Positions 1 through 12,317 of a stretch of DNA of 64,000 bases are shown piece after piece. The stretch lies in the NCBI GenBank assembly GCA_951406725.2, contig OX597825.1:24180001-24244000 (forward strand). Direction: 5' to 3'. The notes beneath the pieces are model-generated. The model was not told where the DNA came from and did no database searches. It was given only the letters and a program-made list of their open reading frames with translations. Made by a program: the position numbers and the translations under genes. This stretch comes from Octopus vulgaris. Its lineage: Eukaryota. Numbering within the stretch: the first letter of the stretch is position 1; each line of letters begins with the position of its first letter.

Positions 1-403
1 CCTTACCAAACCTGCCATACACAGATAACTTTAGCTTTATATATACAGAGATATACAAATACGAAGTAACTAAGACTATATTACATTTCTTGTTTTTTAA
101 TCAGCTTTGAACGTTCTAATAATCAGTAGAACTATTTTACACATCAATCGACATGATGGGTTATGCATATAAATTATGTAAATCTATCCAATATGAAAGT
201 TCTACTAATTATTTCTTCCTATTGAATTATAAAGGTGAGAAATGATTAGTAGAAGTTCCATTTAATAGCATAGGGATTCACATAATTTATATGCATAACC
301 CAACATGTTGATTGATGTATAAAATTCTACTTAAATTCTTATTATTCAAACGAACTTCACTGATTAAAAATATGTATGCCATTACTTTCATTCCTTCGTT
401 TAT

Positions 404-434
<31 letters not shown>

Positions 435-689
435 TGGGGGGGGGGGGTACATGCATACACATTTATATAAATGTATGTATGCATATAAGTATGTACGCTG
501 AAATTTATTCATGTTTGTGTGACGGATAACGTAGAAGTCGCTTGTGTAACTAACATACATTGCGAAACAGCTGTTAACTAAGAGAATAAACATCTAATTC
601 TCTCTCTTTACTTTTCTTATCTGATCAAGTCACACACACACACACACACACATACGCACAAACACACATACACATATTCTATTTTCCAT

Positions 690-975
690 CGGTCATTAGA
701 CTTCGGCCATGCTGGGGCACCACCTTGAAGAATTTGTAGTCGAATGAATCAACCACAGTACTTATTTCTTTGAAGTTCGGTATTTATTCTATTGCACACT
801 TTTGCTGAACCGCAAAGTTAAGGGAACGTAAACAAACCAACACCGGTTGTCAAAATGTGGCGGAGGACAAACACAGACACAACGACACACTTTCAGTTTC
901 TGTCTATCAAATATTAGAAGTCACTTGCTATGCAGTCGGATTGAACACGGAGCCATGTAACTTGGAAGTAAGTTT
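690..975 (-). mobile_element. tRNA-derived SINE, family A, diverged copy
   Basis: Reverse complement matches the better copies at 45236 and 53041 (gccatgctggggcaccacc, gctgaaccgcaaagtta, aacaccggttgtcaa, gaacacggagccatgt). Confidence 0.75.
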
Positions 976-982
976 CTATACT

Positions 983-1737
983 AGATTCAACTACTTACCT
1001 TTGTGTCATTGATACGAAATGCCAAAACAAGGAAAGGAAAAGTTAGAAAAACTGTAATATGGAAAGTTTAGACTTAATAACAGAAATAGTATTATTGATA
1101 CATTATATGATAAATTGGAAGTTCAGAGAAATGAAGAACATGGGTTGGAAAACAAACAGAAAAATCTACTACTGAAATCTGGTATGTCTCTTATGTGTAT
1201 GCAAAGGAAGCAGGGTTGGAGGAGTCTGAGACAAATAGAGAACTTATTACAAAGAACTTGTAACAAAGTAGCTAGAGTTGTTCTTGAAAAACACCTAAAA
1301 GAAAGTAAGTGTAGACTGATTAATACCTAATAGAAGAATTAGAAAAGAAAAACCACCAAAGACTTTTCTCTGCTTTCAAGTATTTCCTTGTATATAATCT
1401 ATGAGTTAATTGTACCAAGGGAAAAGAAAAGCTTTGATAGAAATAAAATTACAGAAAAATAAAGAGAATGAAAAAGGAATAAAATTCGAAACGAAAACGA
1501 AACGAATCTCAAAAGAATGTTAATGATGAATGGAGAGAAAAACTTCTCTGGCAGTTCTCTGGAAGACTGACACAGTCGAGAACTGTGTCAGTATGAAAAG
1601 CCAGCAGTGACACAAAAGCAGAAATGGAAGGTTTGATTTTAGTGGCATAAAATCAATATCTAACGACAAAGAACTACGAAAATTAAAATAATAAAACAAA
1701 ATGTCTAACGTGAACTGCAGACAATGTAATCAACGTA
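983..1737 (+). mobile_element. R4/Dong-clade LINE fragment, duplicate of 2825-3579
   Basis: Near-identical to 2825-3579. Decayed translation includes RKQGWRSLRQIE, KAEMEGLILVA and CRQCNQR, resembling the post-RT and zinc-knuckle region of R4/Dong ORFs. Confidence 0.7.
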
Positions 1738-1964
1738 TTTATAAAACACAATTTCCGAGAACTAGATACAGAACGCTCAACCGAAATCCAGTATGTATAA
1801 AGTTCTACAAATTATATTTAAGTGTATCTTTCAAAATGTCTTCACTTTGGTGCGCTGAGATCGGAAACTACTCTGCAGTTAATAAACTACAGCAGTCAAT
1901 TTACCGGTTAGAGAACATTTTTTTAATTTAAAATTAAATAAGGGAAGAAAATGATATTAATCAA

Positions 1965-2180
1965 TTAAAACCAGTGGCTTAGCATATTTTTAAAAATCCG
2001 AAGATTAAAAAATTTTTTTACATACAAAATTTAGAGGACTGACCACTAAAAGTGGACAGCCTATATGCTAAACATAGACGTCAAATCGCCATTACCACGA
2101 AGAATGTGTTCTCAAGGAAAATCCCAGCAAAAAACCAAAATGTAAAAATAAAATAAAATATGCTAAGCCACTGGTTTTAA
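1965..2180. repeat. 216-bp segment bounded by perfect 26-bp inverted repeats (MITE-like or Penelope-type inverted end)
   Basis: ttaaaaccagtggcttagcatatttt (1965-1990) is the exact reverse complement of 2155-2180; both outer ends read TTAA. Confidence 0.6.
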
Positions 2181-2539
2181 ATGTGCATTTCTGATCCTGG
2201 GCAGAAGTAGTGGGGGAGCATCATCGCCCTGTGTTTAAAGGAATTATTGGAGGTTTGGATAATTCACCTTTGGAAACATGGGTGTTTCGTTCAACATCCT
2301 TAAACAATCCTTATTCAGGGACCTTTTGAGCAGGATGGGCTATTCGACCAGAAGAAAATTCTAACTGGGCCCCCACCTGCAAGGTCATGCGCTGTTTATC
2401 TTGATATGAGATCACCATGTCGCGCACATATGGTTGTGATGCATGTGCCTGTTGTACCCTTATCAGACGGGTAGTCATGATGGGTATACTGGGCTTCGTA
2501 TATTTTACCCCAGTGTCACTTTGATGGCATGCACTGCTC

Positions 2540-2593
<54 letters not shown>
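2181..2593 (+). mobile_element. 5'-truncated copy of an unclassified ~560-bp (AAT)n-tailed interspersed element
   Basis: Matches 27118-27580 (+), 28031-28589 (-) and 43067-43490 (-); ends gcatgcactgctc followed by (AAT)n. Confidence 0.8.
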
Positions 2594-2596
2594 TAA

Positions 2597-2820
2597 TTCG
2601 TTTATTGGCCACAAGGGCTGACAAAAATTAATTAAAACATAAAGGGACAAAACACAGGACAAAAGTTACAAAGGGTTTTGTCCGTTTGCAAAAACCCGTG
2701 TAAAAATTCCAGAGATAACATCGAAAATATAACAATTGAAATTCCCAATAGGGGGAGGCGCTTCGAAAGGTTACTCGAGGAAAAATCCATAAAAGCCACG
2801 GGAGCCTGTTTAAAAGGCTA
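2597..2820 (-). mobile_element. Tx1/L1-like LINE 3' UTR fragment
   Basis: Reverse complement ends agcccttgtggccaataaacgaa and contains gcgcctcccc-tattggga, like the 3' ends at 13021-13050 and 29075-29220. Confidence 0.6.
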
Positions 2821-2824
2821 TACA

Positions 2825-3980
2825 AGATTCAACTACTTACCTTTGTGTCATTGATACGAAATGCCAAAACAAGGAAAGGAAAAGTTAGAAAAACTGTAAT
2901 ATGGAAAGTTTAGACTTAATAACAGAAATAGTATTATTGATACATTATATGATAAATTGGAAGTTCAGAGAAATGAAGAACATGGGTTGGAAAACAAACA
3001 GAAAAATCTACTACTGAAATCTGGTATGTCTCTTATGTGTATGCAAAGGAAGCAGGGTTGGAGGAGTCTGAGACAAATAGAGAACTTATTACAAAGAACT
3101 TGTAACAAAGTAGCTAGAGTTGTTCTTGAAAAACACCTAAAAGAAAGTAAGTGTAGACTGATTAATATAATAGAAGAATTAGAAAAGAAAAACCACCAAA
3201 GACTTTTCTCTGCTTTCAAGTATTTCCTTGTATATAATCTATGAGTTAATTGTACCAAGGGAAAAGAAAAGCTTTTGATAGAAATAAAATTACAGAAAAA
3301 TAAAGAGAATGAAAAAGGAATAAAATTCGAAACGAAAACGAAACGAATCTCAAAAGAATGTTAATGATGAATGGAGAGAAAAACTTCTCTGGCAGTTCTC
3401 TGGAAGACTGGACACAGTCGAGAACTGTGTCAGTATGAAAAGCCAGCAGTGACACAAAAGCAGAAATGGAAGGTTTGATTTTAGTGGCATAAAATCAATA
3501 TCTAACGACAAAGAACTACGAAAATTAAAATAATAAAACAAAATGTCTAACGTGAACTGCAGACAATGTAATCAACGTAACGAAACAATCGACCAGTTCA
3601 TTTCCGGCTGCCTAGTCCTTGCAAAAGACATAATATATCGAGAGACATGAATAAGTAGGTAGGTCTATCTACTCGATAATATGCAGACACTCCCACATGC
3701 AAAACTGAATATAAATTCTATTTGCATAAAAACAATTTCCCAGTTTAATTATGATACTCTGAAACATGCTGATCTTTGCTGAAAGAAGGGGCCAAAACGA
3801 AACGCCTTGAAATCATAAAATCCGGAAAGATATTCTTGAATACGTTGATGAATATTTCCCTCAGTTCAGATTAAATTATCGCTGGAAGACAAATGTTGAA
3901 AACTTAGTAAACTACAGAAATCCGAAAGGGAAAATAAGCAAGGTTTTATGTCTGAGAGTGAAAACGGCACCAATAATACC
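2825..3980 (+). mobile_element. Decayed R4/Dong-clade non-LTR retrotransposon, C-terminal part
   Basis: Frameshifted translation CRQCNQRNETIDQFISGCLVLAK (CCHC knuckle remnant), then remnants resembling the restriction-like endonuclease end (..YRNPKGKISKVLCLRVKTAPII). Confidence 0.75.
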
Positions 3981-4026
3981 TTAGTTTTAATATAATTTAA
4001 TATAATAACTGATACCCTAGTTATTA

Positions 4027-4356
4027 TACTCTTTTACTCTCTTCACTCTTTTATTTGTTTCAGCCATGTGACTGTGGTCATGTTGGAGCACCGCCTTTAG
4101 TCGAGCAAATCGACCCCAGGACTTATTCTCTGTAAAACTAGTACTTCTTCTATCGGTATCGTTTGCCGAACTGCTAGGTTACGGGGACGTAAACACACCA
4201 GCATCGATTGTCAAGCGATGTTGGGGGGACAAACATATACACACATACATACATATATATATACATATATACGACGGGCTTCTTTCAGTTTCCGTCTACC
4301 AATTCCTCTCACAAGTCTTTGATCGACCCGAGGCTATAGTAGAAGACAATTGCCCA
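4027..4356 (-). mobile_element. tRNA-derived SINE, family A, head missing
   Basis: tactcttt tail, gagcaccgcctttagtcgagcaaatcgaccccagg, ggcttctttcagtttccgtctacc. Confidence 0.85.
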
Positions 4357-5574
4357 TCCACTTTCGAAACATATTGAAAAGCTTATATAAACTAGCGAAA
4401 GGATCAAATAAAATAAACATGGATTCATCGATTTTAGTGAATTATCTTTTTCGTCCAGAGTCATTAAAATTTCAGAGCTAAAAACAGGAAATTACTCGCG
4501 CGGAAAGTCCGAGGACAAAGATCTGAAAAACAAACAATGGTTTAAATATTGTGACTTGCACAGCGAAAAGAGATATAAAACTGCGAGAAAAAATTACGGA
4601 CAAACAGTTACAGGGTATTAGCAAATAATGGAGTCTTTCTAATTGAGACAGAGACAAACGGTGGTGGGTGACTCATGAGCATTGCTGGTACCATGCAACT
4701 CTATACAACCTGTTGCATGTTTGGATCGTTGGTCACTAAACCGGCAAACCCATCAAGCACGATTGGTGGAGAGATTGATCTTAGGGCACCCTACCAAAAC
4801 AGCAGATGAGCTCAACAAGGCCAACGGCCATCCATTAATGTGTATACAATATAAGTGCGTATGTGTGATACGTGTATATTTTGGTATATATGAATGTGCA
4901 AGGAATAAGTATACGTTTATCTAATCCTTCTTGCTTTTTCTCTTTCGTTTTATTGGCGTAAGAACTTACTACACAACAAGCTTAACAGCTTCAAACATTT
5001 AGAGAGCAGTGGTCGTGTGAAACAACCGTTCGTCACAGTAAAATTAGATATGAATTCACTTTCTGCGCTGCCCATTCCTTTTTTCTAGCGTGAGTCAAGA
5101 CATAAGCTTCTTACTTCCACAAACACACAATGGCACCTTCATTACAGCAATAGGTATATCCCCCGTCTCCGTCTACGTCTCCTATTGAAGTGCTATTGAT
5201 GTTTGGTAGAGGAAGTCGGGGTCTTTTCAACCTGGCATCTGTCTCTCCCATCTGGTCCATTACAAGGAGGCAATATATCATAGGGCCCATTACAGGGAGG
5301 CATTATAGCTAAAGGGAAAAGACAAAGGAGGAAAGAAGTGTAACAAGTGATGCAGCAATAGTAATAATCTTAATTTTTGTCAATATTTTGTCGATATTTT
5401 GTCGATATTTTGTCGATATTTATGGCGCTGACGACAACGACGAGGGGAAGGAGGGGAGAGAAATAAAGGTTGCTGGTTCATCTACATGTGTGTCTCCATG
5501 TGTACATGTATGTGGTGTGTGTGTGGACAACATTTAATAAATGGATATGCTTGTAAACAAGTGGGTATATATTA

Positions 5575-5737
5575 TGTGTGTGTGCGTGTGTATGTACGTA
5601 TCTGTGTATATTGAATGCTTATGTATGTATACATGTGTGTGCATACATGCATACATGTGTGTATATATATATATATATATAATACATATGTATGTGTATA
5701 TATGTATATATATATATATACATACATGCATACATGT

Positions 5738-5777
<40 letters not shown>

Positions 5778-6166
5778 CATATGTATGTGTATATACATAT
5801 GTACATACGTTAAAGCACACATACATACGTATATACATACATGCTCATTATGGAGAGAAAAAGAGGCAGAACATGTGTGTGTGTTGTGTGTGAATGCTTA
5901 TATATATATATATATATAAGCATGCATGCATACATACGTACATACATACATACACACAGACATACATACATACATACATACAATACATACATACATACGT
6001 ACATATATACATAAATACATACTACATACATACACACATACATACATACATACATGCATACATACATACATACATACATACATACATACATACATAAAAT
6101 ACATACATACATACTATACATACGTACATATATACAAACATACATACATGCATACATATTTGCTAT

Positions 6167-6241
<75 letters not shown>

Positions 6242-6252
6242 AAGAGAGAGAG
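5575..6252. repeat. Compound microsatellite (TA)n/(TACA)n/(GA)n
   Basis: Direct reading; source of many spurious YI/HT/ER ORFs. Confidence 0.95.
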
Positions 6253-6619
6253 GAATAAAGCCATCATACATCCATAGTTGTCAGAATTGCCCTTGAACTA
6301 GCGCCCAGTTTTAAATACAATGGATTACAGAAAGTGATTTATCGTTTCGTTGTTTCGCATGCAAATTTGTTTTTATTTCTTAAAATATTCCAGTTTATTA
6401 TTCTATAAATCGGAACATTAATAAGTATTGCAATGTTTGAAAATATTTCAAATTTCATGAAAAAAATTAAGAATCTGAGTCATATAGCATGATACTTCAA
6501 TATTTTATGAGTTTAAGCATATTTAAACGAGAAGCAATGAAAGAACAAATAATTATCTATCTCCCGTAATATTTGAAACAGCTGTAGTCTCTTCTAAGGC
6601 ATATCTTTGACAAAAATAA

Positions 6620-7690
6620 TGGTTTCAAATTTTGACTCCGGGGTCAGCCGTTATTGAGGGGAGGAGCAAGTCGCACTTGACAGGTGCCTATTTTACAGAC
6701 CGCGAAAGGATGAAAGGCAAAGTCGACCTTGGCGGAATTTGAACTCTGAACGTAAAGACAGACGAAAAACCTATTTCTTTACTATCCACAAGGGGCTAAA
6801 CATAGAGGGGACAAACAAGGACAGACGGATTAAGTCAATTATATCGACTCCAGTGCGTAACTGGTACTTAATTTATCGACCCCGAAAGGATGAAAGGCAA
6901 AGTCGACCTTGGCGGAATTTGAACTCTGAACGTAAAGACAGACGAAATACCAATTTCTTTACTACCCACAAGCGGCTAAACACAGAGAGGTCAAACAAGG
7001 ACAGACAAACTGATTAAGTCGATTATATTGACTCCAGTGCGTAACTGGTACTTATTTAATTGACCACGAAAGGATGAAAGGCAAAGTCGACCTCGGCGGA
7101 ATTTGAACTCTGGACGTAAAGAAGGACGAAATACCGCTAAGCATTTTATCCGGCTTTTCTGCCAGCTCGTCACATTATCTTTAATAATCCTTTCTGTTAT
7201 AAGCACAAGGCCTGAAAGTTTTATGGGAGGAGGCTAGTCGATTACATCGACCCCAGTGCTTAACTGGTACTTATCTCATCCACCGCAAAAGTATGAAAGG
7301 CAAAGTCGACCTACGTGTAATTTGAACTCAGTATGTAAAGACGGACGAAATTTGAACTCAGAACATAAAAACAGACAAAATATTGCTTAGCATTTCGCCA
7401 GATGTGCACACAATTATGCCTTATAATAATGACACTAATAATAATAATATTAATAATAATAATAATAATAGTAATCCTTTCAACTGTCGGCACAAGGCCT
7501 GAAACTTTGGGGGGAGGTGATAAGTCGATCACATCGACCCCAGTACTTGACTGGTACTTAATTTATCGACCCCGAAAAGATGAAAGGAAAAATCGACCTT
7601 GGCGGAATTTGAACTCAGAACTTAGAGGTTGACGAAATAGTGCTAAGCATTTCGCCCGGCGTGCTAACGATTCTGCCAGCCGACAGCCAT
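6620..7690 (-). mobile_element. Cluster of tandem tRNA-derived SINEs, family B
   Basis: About five repeats of cgaccccgaaaggatgaaaggcaaagtcgaccttggcggaatttgaactc. Reverse complement has a B-box-like gagttcaaattcc and head gctggcagaatcgttagc (near 7680). Confidence 0.9.
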
Positions 7691-7716
7691 TGCTTTTTCT
7701 TTAATGATGATAATGA

Positions 7717-7774
<58 letters not shown>

Positions 7775-8053
7775 AATGATGATGATATGTGTTTATTCAG
7801 TATGAGCTCTTTGGGAGACAATACTTCTTGATCCGCGGTTTGATTATCCGATCAAAAAATGCGTGTTTTGCCCAACAACTGGAGCATAAAGAGCATACAA
7901 ATTAGAATTCACCTTCAGCAACGCTGAAGGACATTTGTTGACGGTTATATAGAAATGCGGTGACACTGCAAAGTAAAGGCGCCGGAACTAACAAAAGCAT
8001 ATTTAATGAAATTAATGCGTGGGATGAAAATAACTCCCTTAGTCCTACCAATC

Positions 8054-9399
8054 TACTGCTGTTATTTATTGAAGGCTGTTTTACTGTTTACAAGGAGAGA
8101 GAGAGACATGAATAAACGTTGTACTGTTGGCTGTTGTTGTTAAGCAACAAGACGGGTAAGGGTGATTAGGTGATGGTCTAGGGCTACCTAAAATAAGAGG
8201 AAGGACTCAAACGAGAAAATGAAGTTGGCGTCCGTCCGTTTATCAAGAAGTGCGCCTTGAGCTGTGCCAACCGAACCTCTGTATTTCCTGTCTAGTTGGG
8301 TGCACAGAATAAGAGACGCAGCCTGCTTGGCCAGACTTCCATTATCTGCGGTGGCTCCGTAGTGAAAATAATTTTAAATGTCACTAGCAGTATAGCCCGG
8401 CGTTGCTCGGGTTTGTTTTCTTTTCGACCCTTTAGAATTGGAATTTTTGAAAAGTAAAACTTTTGCATTATGTAGCTTGTTATTCTCTTTAAGTGAACAT
8501 TTTTTTCTGGTTGAAATACACCGAAAAATGACGACACAGCAGTAAAAAAATCGTAAAAAAATAGGTATTTTCATAGAAAAAAAAAGCACCTTTTTGATGT
8601 AAATAATTTTTGGTGTTAACATGGTCCAATTTGAATATTTTTCTACGGAAGGAAGAGCAAGCTTTCTTCTATCATACTTTCAATTCTGGTCAACTTGCGG
8701 TGCAGGGTCTGGGAGGAGATAGTATTAGTTGAAGGCTATCAAACTTGCCATACACAGACAACTTCAGCTTTATATAGAGAGAGATAAGGAAAAAACAATG
8801 GAAAAAATCTCAAATACCGACAGTCTCTGTAACTGTGTTCAAAAAGCATCGAATGAAGTTGACTTCAATACCATAAGTTAGAAGGTGTGGACAAACTCTT
8901 CTTCGTTTATAAACTGTAGGTGTTAGCTGCCATTTCGAGCTGATCAGTCGTCGATTTTCTGAATTGGAAGACGTTGTTCGTCAACGTAGATTGCTTTGAT
9001 TGCAATTTCTAGCACCTTGGTCCCCAGTGTAGCTTGAATAAACGATGAGTGCCGGTAACTTGTTGAACAATCGTGGGTCACCATTGTAGAAGGTTTGGGT
9101 TATTAGCCTTTCTCCATTGGGGTTATCATTACTGGTTCTCGATGGATGGCTGTGATGAACGATTGTTTGGTTGGGTTGGATTTGGCTGCGTGCTGTTTCC
9201 TCATATATAACCGAATCCATTTAGATTTCTGATAAAATCATTTATTTATACATTACTTTACTATATTTACTGCTGTTATTTATTGAAGGCTGTTTTACTG
9301 TTTACAAGGAGAGAGAGAGACATGAATAAACGTTGTACTGTTGGCTGTTGTTGTTAAGCAACAAGACGGGTAAGGGTGATTAGGTGATGGTCTAGGGCT
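8054..9399. repeat. 132-bp direct repeat pair (8054-8185 and 9268-9399)
   Basis: tactgctgttatttattgaagg...gatggtctagggct occurs twice with no visible differences. Confidence 0.9.
8384..8784 (-). mobile_element. Non-autonomous Helitron (~400 bp)
   Basis: Minus strand starts A|TCTCTCTCTATATAAAG and ends in a GC hairpin cccgagcaacgccggg followed by CTAG|T: 5'-TC, 3'-CTAG, subterminal hairpin and A|T target. Confidence 0.85.
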
Positions 9400-11000
9400 T
9401 AGGGGCCGGAGACCCCAAACCTAGGAAAAAAGAAACTTGGGTCGTCTTGTTGTAGTCGAGGACTCTTCGTTGACGCCCAACACCATTGGGAGGTGGCCCT
9501 CGAAGTCGCTGGAAATGGAGATCTCCAGGTCCAAATTCTTGAACGGCTACTGTTGGCTAAGAAATTAACGGTTCTTTATTCATTTTATGAGAGGTGGGAA
9601 AATTAAATGCTCGTGGTGGACCAACGACAGCTTTTAACTTTGGATCGAACAGCGACCAAGAAGCCTTTCTGCTCACGGAACGCTGGTACCTCGCTGTCGT
9701 TGAAGCGCGCTTCTATATCTATAGCTATGTTTTAGCGGGAAACTAATGGAAAATTCCACAAAACTACATACGCTCGAACGATCGCTGTAGAAATATGGTT
9801 GGTTAGAGTTCAAAAGAAGTCACCTGATATGCTGTCGCCTACTTCTCGTTACCAGGCTAACAAAATTTCGATTCTAAGCTTCGCTACAGCAGTATTAGTC
9901 ACGTGGACAATAAGAGTTTTGACAGCCAGTCTTGTACCGTTACAGAGTTTTTCGTGCGTCCAAATCCCATTGCAGCATATTGGGTGCTCTGATTTTCCGC
10001 TGCAAATTGTGAAACAAGGACACCAATGGAGCGCAGAGAAACACTGCTAGATAGTTGGTAGCATCGTTATAGTTAACTTCAGAGCGAACAGTAACTGTGT
10101 AAAGCAGCGTTTTCCTGGGCAAAAACCATACTGATTGTTAGTCAACAAATTATTTTCTTTTAAAAAATGTGATCAACTTTTCTCTAATAATCCGTTTCAT
10201 GACTTCGCTGATGAACGTAATAGGACAGATATGTCTGTAATTTCTAGCATCTACTCTGCTTCCTCCTTCGTGCCAAGGGTATATTAATGCCATCCCTCAA
10301 CATTTAAAGAGATTTCTAACTTGGTGAGAAACTTCCTTTAAGTATCGGGAGTGGATTATCTAAAGCCTGTTTACATGTTTTTTAGGAGGCTTACTAGAAA
10401 TCTACTGGGGCCTGTGGATGTTATCAACGATCGATATTACATCTTCCGCATTTATGTCCAAATAATCGATGGTTACCATTTTCCTTTGTAGAGCTGTGGT
10501 GTCGATTCTATATTTTCGATCGCCCTCGTCTCTCTTGTGGTTTTCTTGCCTTATATTGACCGTTTAACCGATTAAAATTTTTTGCTCAACGTTTCCTAAA
10601 AACATTCCATTTTCTAGCAATTATTTTTTTTTTCCTTCTCGAACATATCTAATGCAAAAGGCTTACATTATCGACATAAATTGCTCGAGATTTATGGCAC
10701 TGTCGGGCGTAGAGAATTTTCCTAGTTCCTTCCGAGTCAGGATTTCTTCTGGAATGGATTTCCAGTCAGTTTTGCGAAATTTCAAGTTGGACGAATCTCG
10801 AGTACATCTTGCACAGTGCGTATCTGCAATTCTTCCCACCCCGATTATACATGTTAAATTCTTAAAAGAAAATCGTCGGTATCATCTCATTGCAGGTACA
10901 TCGCATGTCGTTTGTGAAGAAAGGATCTAAAGTGCGTTTATTGCTGTTACTCGGAGTATAATTTGCTTCATGAATTGTATACTAGAAAGTTCCAATAGAT
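8980..11000 (-). mobile_element. Decayed CR1/L2-like LINE ORF2 (reverse transcriptase region)
   Basis: Minus-strand remnants near 10100-10420: GGSRVDARNYRHICPITFISEVMKRIIREKL and ENNLLTNNQYGFCPGKRCFTQLL; C-terminal-like DPRLFNKLP near 9050. Boundaries approximate. Confidence 0.6.
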
Positions 11001-11141
11001 ATTCTGATAGTCATTCAGATTACGTACATTCTGGAAGGAATATGGTCTTCACAGCTTTGGCTCATTCAGTAATATAGAGGGTAGGTTGGTATTATATATA
11101 TATATATATATATACTCGCACACACACATACACACGCATAT

Positions 11142-11208
<67 letters not shown>

Positions 11209-11271
11209 TATACATATATATACATACATACATACATACATATTATATATGTGTGTGTGTGTGTATGTGTA

Positions 11272-11747
11272 CAGGGACTGGACAAAATAATGGAAACACC
11301 TAGCATGTTAATTTTGAAATATCTATAAAACCGTCAGAAGCTTGTTTATTTTTATGTTGTTGTTTTTTTGTTTATTATTAGTGTTGCTTAATATGTTTTG
11401 CTAAAATTTCTCTTTCTTTTCAGATATCATTAGAAAAAGGTAATTAAAGTTCATAAAAATGACAGATATATCGGACTTTCAAAGAGGTCAGATTGTTGAT
11501 GCTCGTATGGCAGGCGCTAGTGTAATGAAAACAGCCGAAATGCTTGGTGTATCAAGAAGTACTATCTCGAAAGTAATGATAGCCCTAGAGAACGAGGGAA
11601 AAACTTCCTCGTCGAAACAAAACTCCGGAAGAAAACCAAAACTTTCAGATAGGAACCGTTTGACTCTTATGCGAATTGTTAGAAAGGATCACAAAAATAC
11701 AGCTCCCAAAATTTCTGCGGAGCTTAAGGACCTCCTCGAGAACCCAG
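11272..11747 (+). mobile_element. Tc1/mariner DNA transposon, 3'-truncated
   Basis: TA followed by TIR-like CAGGGACTGGACAAAATAATGGAAACACC, then the transposase N-terminus. Confidence 0.85.
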
Positions 11748-11776
11748 GAGATTATCAGATGGTTTTCTATCTATAA
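11459..11776 (+). pseudogene. Truncated Tc1-like transposase (paired-like HTH only, no DDE domain)
   Basis: MTDISDFQRGQIVDARMAGASVMKTAEMLGVSRSTISKV...SGRKPKLSDR...TAPKISAEL; similarity stops at ENP. Confidence 0.85.
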
Positions 11777-11874
11777 TTCATGGACACAGCCTTGTGTACC
11801 CATTACACGTTAATATACATATATTAGGCTTCCTACCACCCAGCCACTCCTGCACCTTGCTTTATTAAACTGCG

Positions 11875-12131
11875 GTTACGCTTGAGACACCCGTGAAAAG
11901 GTTAGTCAACAAATTAACCCCAGAAATTATTTCTGGTACTTAGTCTGGTACTAATTTCATCAGGTGTTTTTGCCGACCCGCTAAGTTACAGGGCCGTAAA
12001 CAAGTCGACATTGGTTGTCAAAGGATAAACAGCTACGGTAAAATGATACTGCCTTAGGTACCTCGCAACGGAATGAACCCGAAATCACGTGGTTGCGGAA
12101 GGGACCTTCTTAACCGCACAGCCATGCCTTC
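11875..12131 (-). mobile_element. tRNA-derived SINE related to family A
   Basis: gccgacccgctaagttac, ttggttgtcaa, gaacccgaaatcacgtggttg, ccgcacagccatgcc. Confidence 0.65.
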
Positions 12132-12144
12132 GCCTATCTGTCAG

Positions 12145-12198
<54 letters not shown>

Positions 12199-12253
12199 CA
12201 TCCATCCATCTATCTATCTATATCCGTCCCTCCCTCCATCCATCCATCCATCC

Positions 12254-12317
<64 letters not shown>

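Noticed and set aside
5377-5421. 11-bp tandem ttgtcgatatt x4
   Set aside because: Ordinary slippage repeat with no further structure.
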